From assembly GCA_965221905.1 (NCBI GenBank), contig OZ244922.1, positions 288,001 to 352,000 of the forward strand: a DNA stretch of 64,000 bases, read 5' to 3'. Position 1 is the first letter of the stretch, and each line of letters begins with the position of its first letter. The notes below the pieces were generated by a model. The model made no database searches. It saw nothing but the letters and a program-made list of their open reading frames with translations, and was not told the origin of the DNA. The translations under genes and the position numbers were made by a program. Positions 61,758-64,000 of this stretch are shown here, piece by piece. The DNA is from Chloroflexota bacterium. Its GTDB lineage: Bacteria > Chloroflexota > UBA11872 > VXOZ01.

Positions 61758-62906
61758 ATGGCTACAAAAGTAATTCCCGGCCTCGAAGGTGTTGCCGCTG
61801 CAGAGACGCGGCTAAGCTATGTTGACGGTCTCGCCGGCCAGCTAACCATCGGTGGGCACCCGCTCATGGAACTTGCTCCCAACGCGACCTTTGAAGAGGC
61901 CGCGTTTCTCTTGTGGCACGACCGCCTGCCGAATGAGAATGAACTTGCGGCGTTGAAGGCTCGGTTTCGTGTCGGCCAGCAACTGCCCGACACGACCCAG
62001 CACGTACTAGAGGCCGCCGCCGCACGGCATGCGCCGGTTATCGACGCGCTCCGTATGGCCTGCGCGACTCTCTCCCTCGGCGATCCGGACCCCGATGACA
62101 TTACCCCGGATGGGCAGCTCCGCCGCGCGGAGAGAATCTGCGCGGCATTCCCCGTGATCGTCGCCAATTACGTGCGTTTGAGAGCGGGGCAGAGCGTCGT
62201 CGCGCCGCGGGATGATTTCGGCCAAGCCGCGAACTATCTTTACATGTTGACCGGCGAAGAGCCCCATGCCGATTTCGTGCGGGCCATGGACACCTATCTC
62301 GTCACGGCCATGGACCACGGCATGAACGCCTCTACTTTCACGGGCAGAGTCATCGTCTCTACGGAATCCGACCTCTATTCGGCAATTACCGGCGCAATTG
62401 GCGCTTTGAAGGGTCCGGCGCACGGCGGCGCTCCCGGCCCGGCGCTCGACATGGTGTTTGAGATCGGCACGGCGGACCGCGCCGAAGCGAACATACGCAA
62501 TCGTCTCGACCGGGGCGAGCGCTTGATGGGGTTCGGCCACCGCGTCTACAAGGTGCGCGATCCGCGCGCGGACGTGCTCTCGCAAGCGGCGGAGCAACTC
62601 TACGACCAGGCTGGCGATCGCACCCTCTACGACCTTGCCCGTGCGGTTGAGGAAACCGCGCTGGACCTCCTGGAAGAATACAAGCCGGGACGCAACCTGC
62701 AAACGAATTTGGAGTACTACACGGCGCTGGTGCTGCACGGCGTCGGCCTATCCGCCGAACTCTTTACGCCCACGTTTGCCGTGGGCCGCGTGGGTGGCTG
62801 GTCCGCGCACTGCCTGGAGCAACTCTCGCACAACCGGCTTATTCGTCCCTCATCCGTCTACACGGGTCCCACAGACCGCCACTGGGTGCCGCTGGCGAAC
62901 CGCTAG
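61758..62906 (+). CDS. Citrate synthase / 2-methylcitrate synthase
   Basis: GLEGV, DHGMNASTF, LKGPAHGGA, MGFGHRVYK..DPR, R..GWSAH, LIRP. Confidence 0.92.
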   Translation: MATKVIPGLEGVAAAETRLSYVDGLAGQLTIGGHPLMELAPNATFEEAAFLLWHDRLPNENELAALKARFRVGQQLPDTTQHVLEAAAARHAPVIDALRMACATLSLGDPDPDDITPDGQLRRAERICAAFPVIVANYVRLRAGQSVVAPRDDFGQAANYLYMLTGEEPHADFVRAMDTYLVTAMDHGMNASTFTGRVIVSTESDLYSAITGAIGALKGPAHGGAPGPALDMVFEIGTADRAEANIRNRLDRGERLMGFGHRVYKVRDPRADVLSQAAEQLYDQAGDRTLYDLARAVEETALDLLEEYKPGRNLQTNLEYYTALVLHGVGLSAELFTPTFAVGRVGGWSAHCLEQLSHNRLIRPSSVYTGPTDRHWVPLANR

Positions 62907-63128
62907 TACGCTTAATTTCTCGCCCTGCCAGGCTGGCAGCCGTAGGCGCTGCTCCTAAGTATTTGCGTCCCTGCAATAGCAACCACTAAGGTCACTTGAC
63001 ACAAGCCGCAATTCTTTGCAAGCTATAAGGCAGCATTTAAGAGGTGTGTTGGGTGCGAACGAGCTACTGGAAATATAGATTCGCGACGCATGCCCAAGTG
63101 AAACTAACGAAGGAGAGGAGCAACTCTC

Positions 63129-64000
63129 ATGTTGGCTAAGCGTTATTCACGACGAGCCTTCATTGGCTCTGCCACGGTGGTAGGCGGTGCGGCGTTCCTG
63201 GCCGCCTGCGGTGGTAGTCCGGCCGCAATGACTGAAGAAGCGGCGCCCGCGAAGGAAGCAGAAGCGCCAAAGGCAGAAGCAGCCCCGAAAGAAGAGCCGG
63301 TACAGCTCATCTACCTCTCGCGCGATTCAGCCTCAACCACGGAGAAGGTGCGCGCGTACTTTGACACCTACGAGGCCGAAACTCCCAACGTCAAGATCGA
63401 GCTCCAGAACTTGCCCAGTGTTAATGAGGCGGAGACGAAGCTCAGGGTAGCCGCGGCGGCCGGCGTGCCCATCGACTTTCTGCGCTGCAGTTGGGGATCC
63501 TATCTCGACCTGGCAGAAGCTGAAGTGCTTTCACCACTGAATGACTACTTCAAGCGCGACGGCTTATCTGCCACGGAAATCTTCTTGCCCGCCACGTTGA
63601 CGCAATGGCTCGACAAGGGCGTGCTGTGGGGCATGCCGGCTTCCGGCAACTGCGACGCCCTGCTCATGAACAAGCAATTGCTGGATACTGCCGGACTGGA
63701 AGCACCATCCGTTGACCCGTCGGACGCTTCCTGGACGATGGACAAGTTTCTCGACTACGCCCAGGCGATGACGCAGGGCGACGAACAGTTCGGGCATACC
63801 GGTGGGGTTTCCGCGTTCAATGTTTCCGGTATTGCTACCGGCACCTACTTCGGCGAGTTCTGCTGGAATGAAGAAGAGAAGCGCGGGAACATGGATCACC
63901 CGGTATTCATCGACGCGCTGCAGTACTGGTACGATATGCGCGAGAAGCACCACGTGGTGCCCACCGCTGACGAGTCTGCCTCGCTCAGAGGCGAGCAGCA
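63129..64000 (+). CDS. Tat-signal solute-binding lipoprotein, runs off the window end
   Basis: Read by hand: MLAKRYSRRAFIG...FLAAC, Glu/Ala/Pro linker, YEAETPNVKIE, LWGMP, WTMD; not in the ORF track because no stop is reached. Confidence 0.82.
   Translation, partial: MLAKRYSRRAFIGSATVVGGAAFLAACGGSPAAMTEEAAPAKEAEAPKAEAAPKEEPVQLIYLSRDSASTTEKVRAYFDTYEAETPNVKIELQNLPSVNEAETKLRVAAAAGVPIDFLRCSWGSYLDLAEAEVLSPLNDYFKRDGLSATEIFLPATLTQWLDKGVLWGMPASGNCDALLMNKQLLDTAGLEAPSVDPSDASWTMDKFLDYAQAMTQGDEQFGHTGGVSAFNVSGIATGTYFGEFCWNEEEKRGNMDHPVFIDALQYWYDMREKHHVVPTADESASLRGEQ

Overview
A 64-kb, mostly GC-rich chromosomal segment from a monoderm bacterium, most likely Chloroflexota. This is inferred from a DUF2298/YYY-type membrane protein, Tat-exported lipoprotein solute-binding proteins and a Chloroflexota-type secreted N-terminal domain. 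Housekeeping genes include nadA, recF, a DciA/DUF721 protein, dnaG-rpoD, a class A PBP, citrate synthase and an M16 peptidase, and there is a perfect parS site. These are mixed with many catabolic enzymes (two tandem PhyH dioxygenases, a non-canonical GH32, Gfo/Idh/MocA, SDR, CocE/NonD, amidohydrolases, an enolase-superfamily enzyme) and several small lower-GC inserts. The window also has three type II toxin-antitoxin pairs, a decayed type I R-M locus that still encloses an intact PD-(D/E)XK-like gene, and abundant REP-like palindromes, some inside reading frames. The most notable unexplained signals are: a ~280-nt multi-stem candidate ncRNA at 28420-28700; a candidate sRNA / Cys-rich leader peptide / Excalibur lipoprotein unit at 55457-56147; and an ABC cassette bounded by a duplicated 3' end of its host gene. 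I saw no rRNA, tRNA, CRISPR array, integrase, transposase or reverse transcriptase. All family calls are from motif recognition, not database searches.
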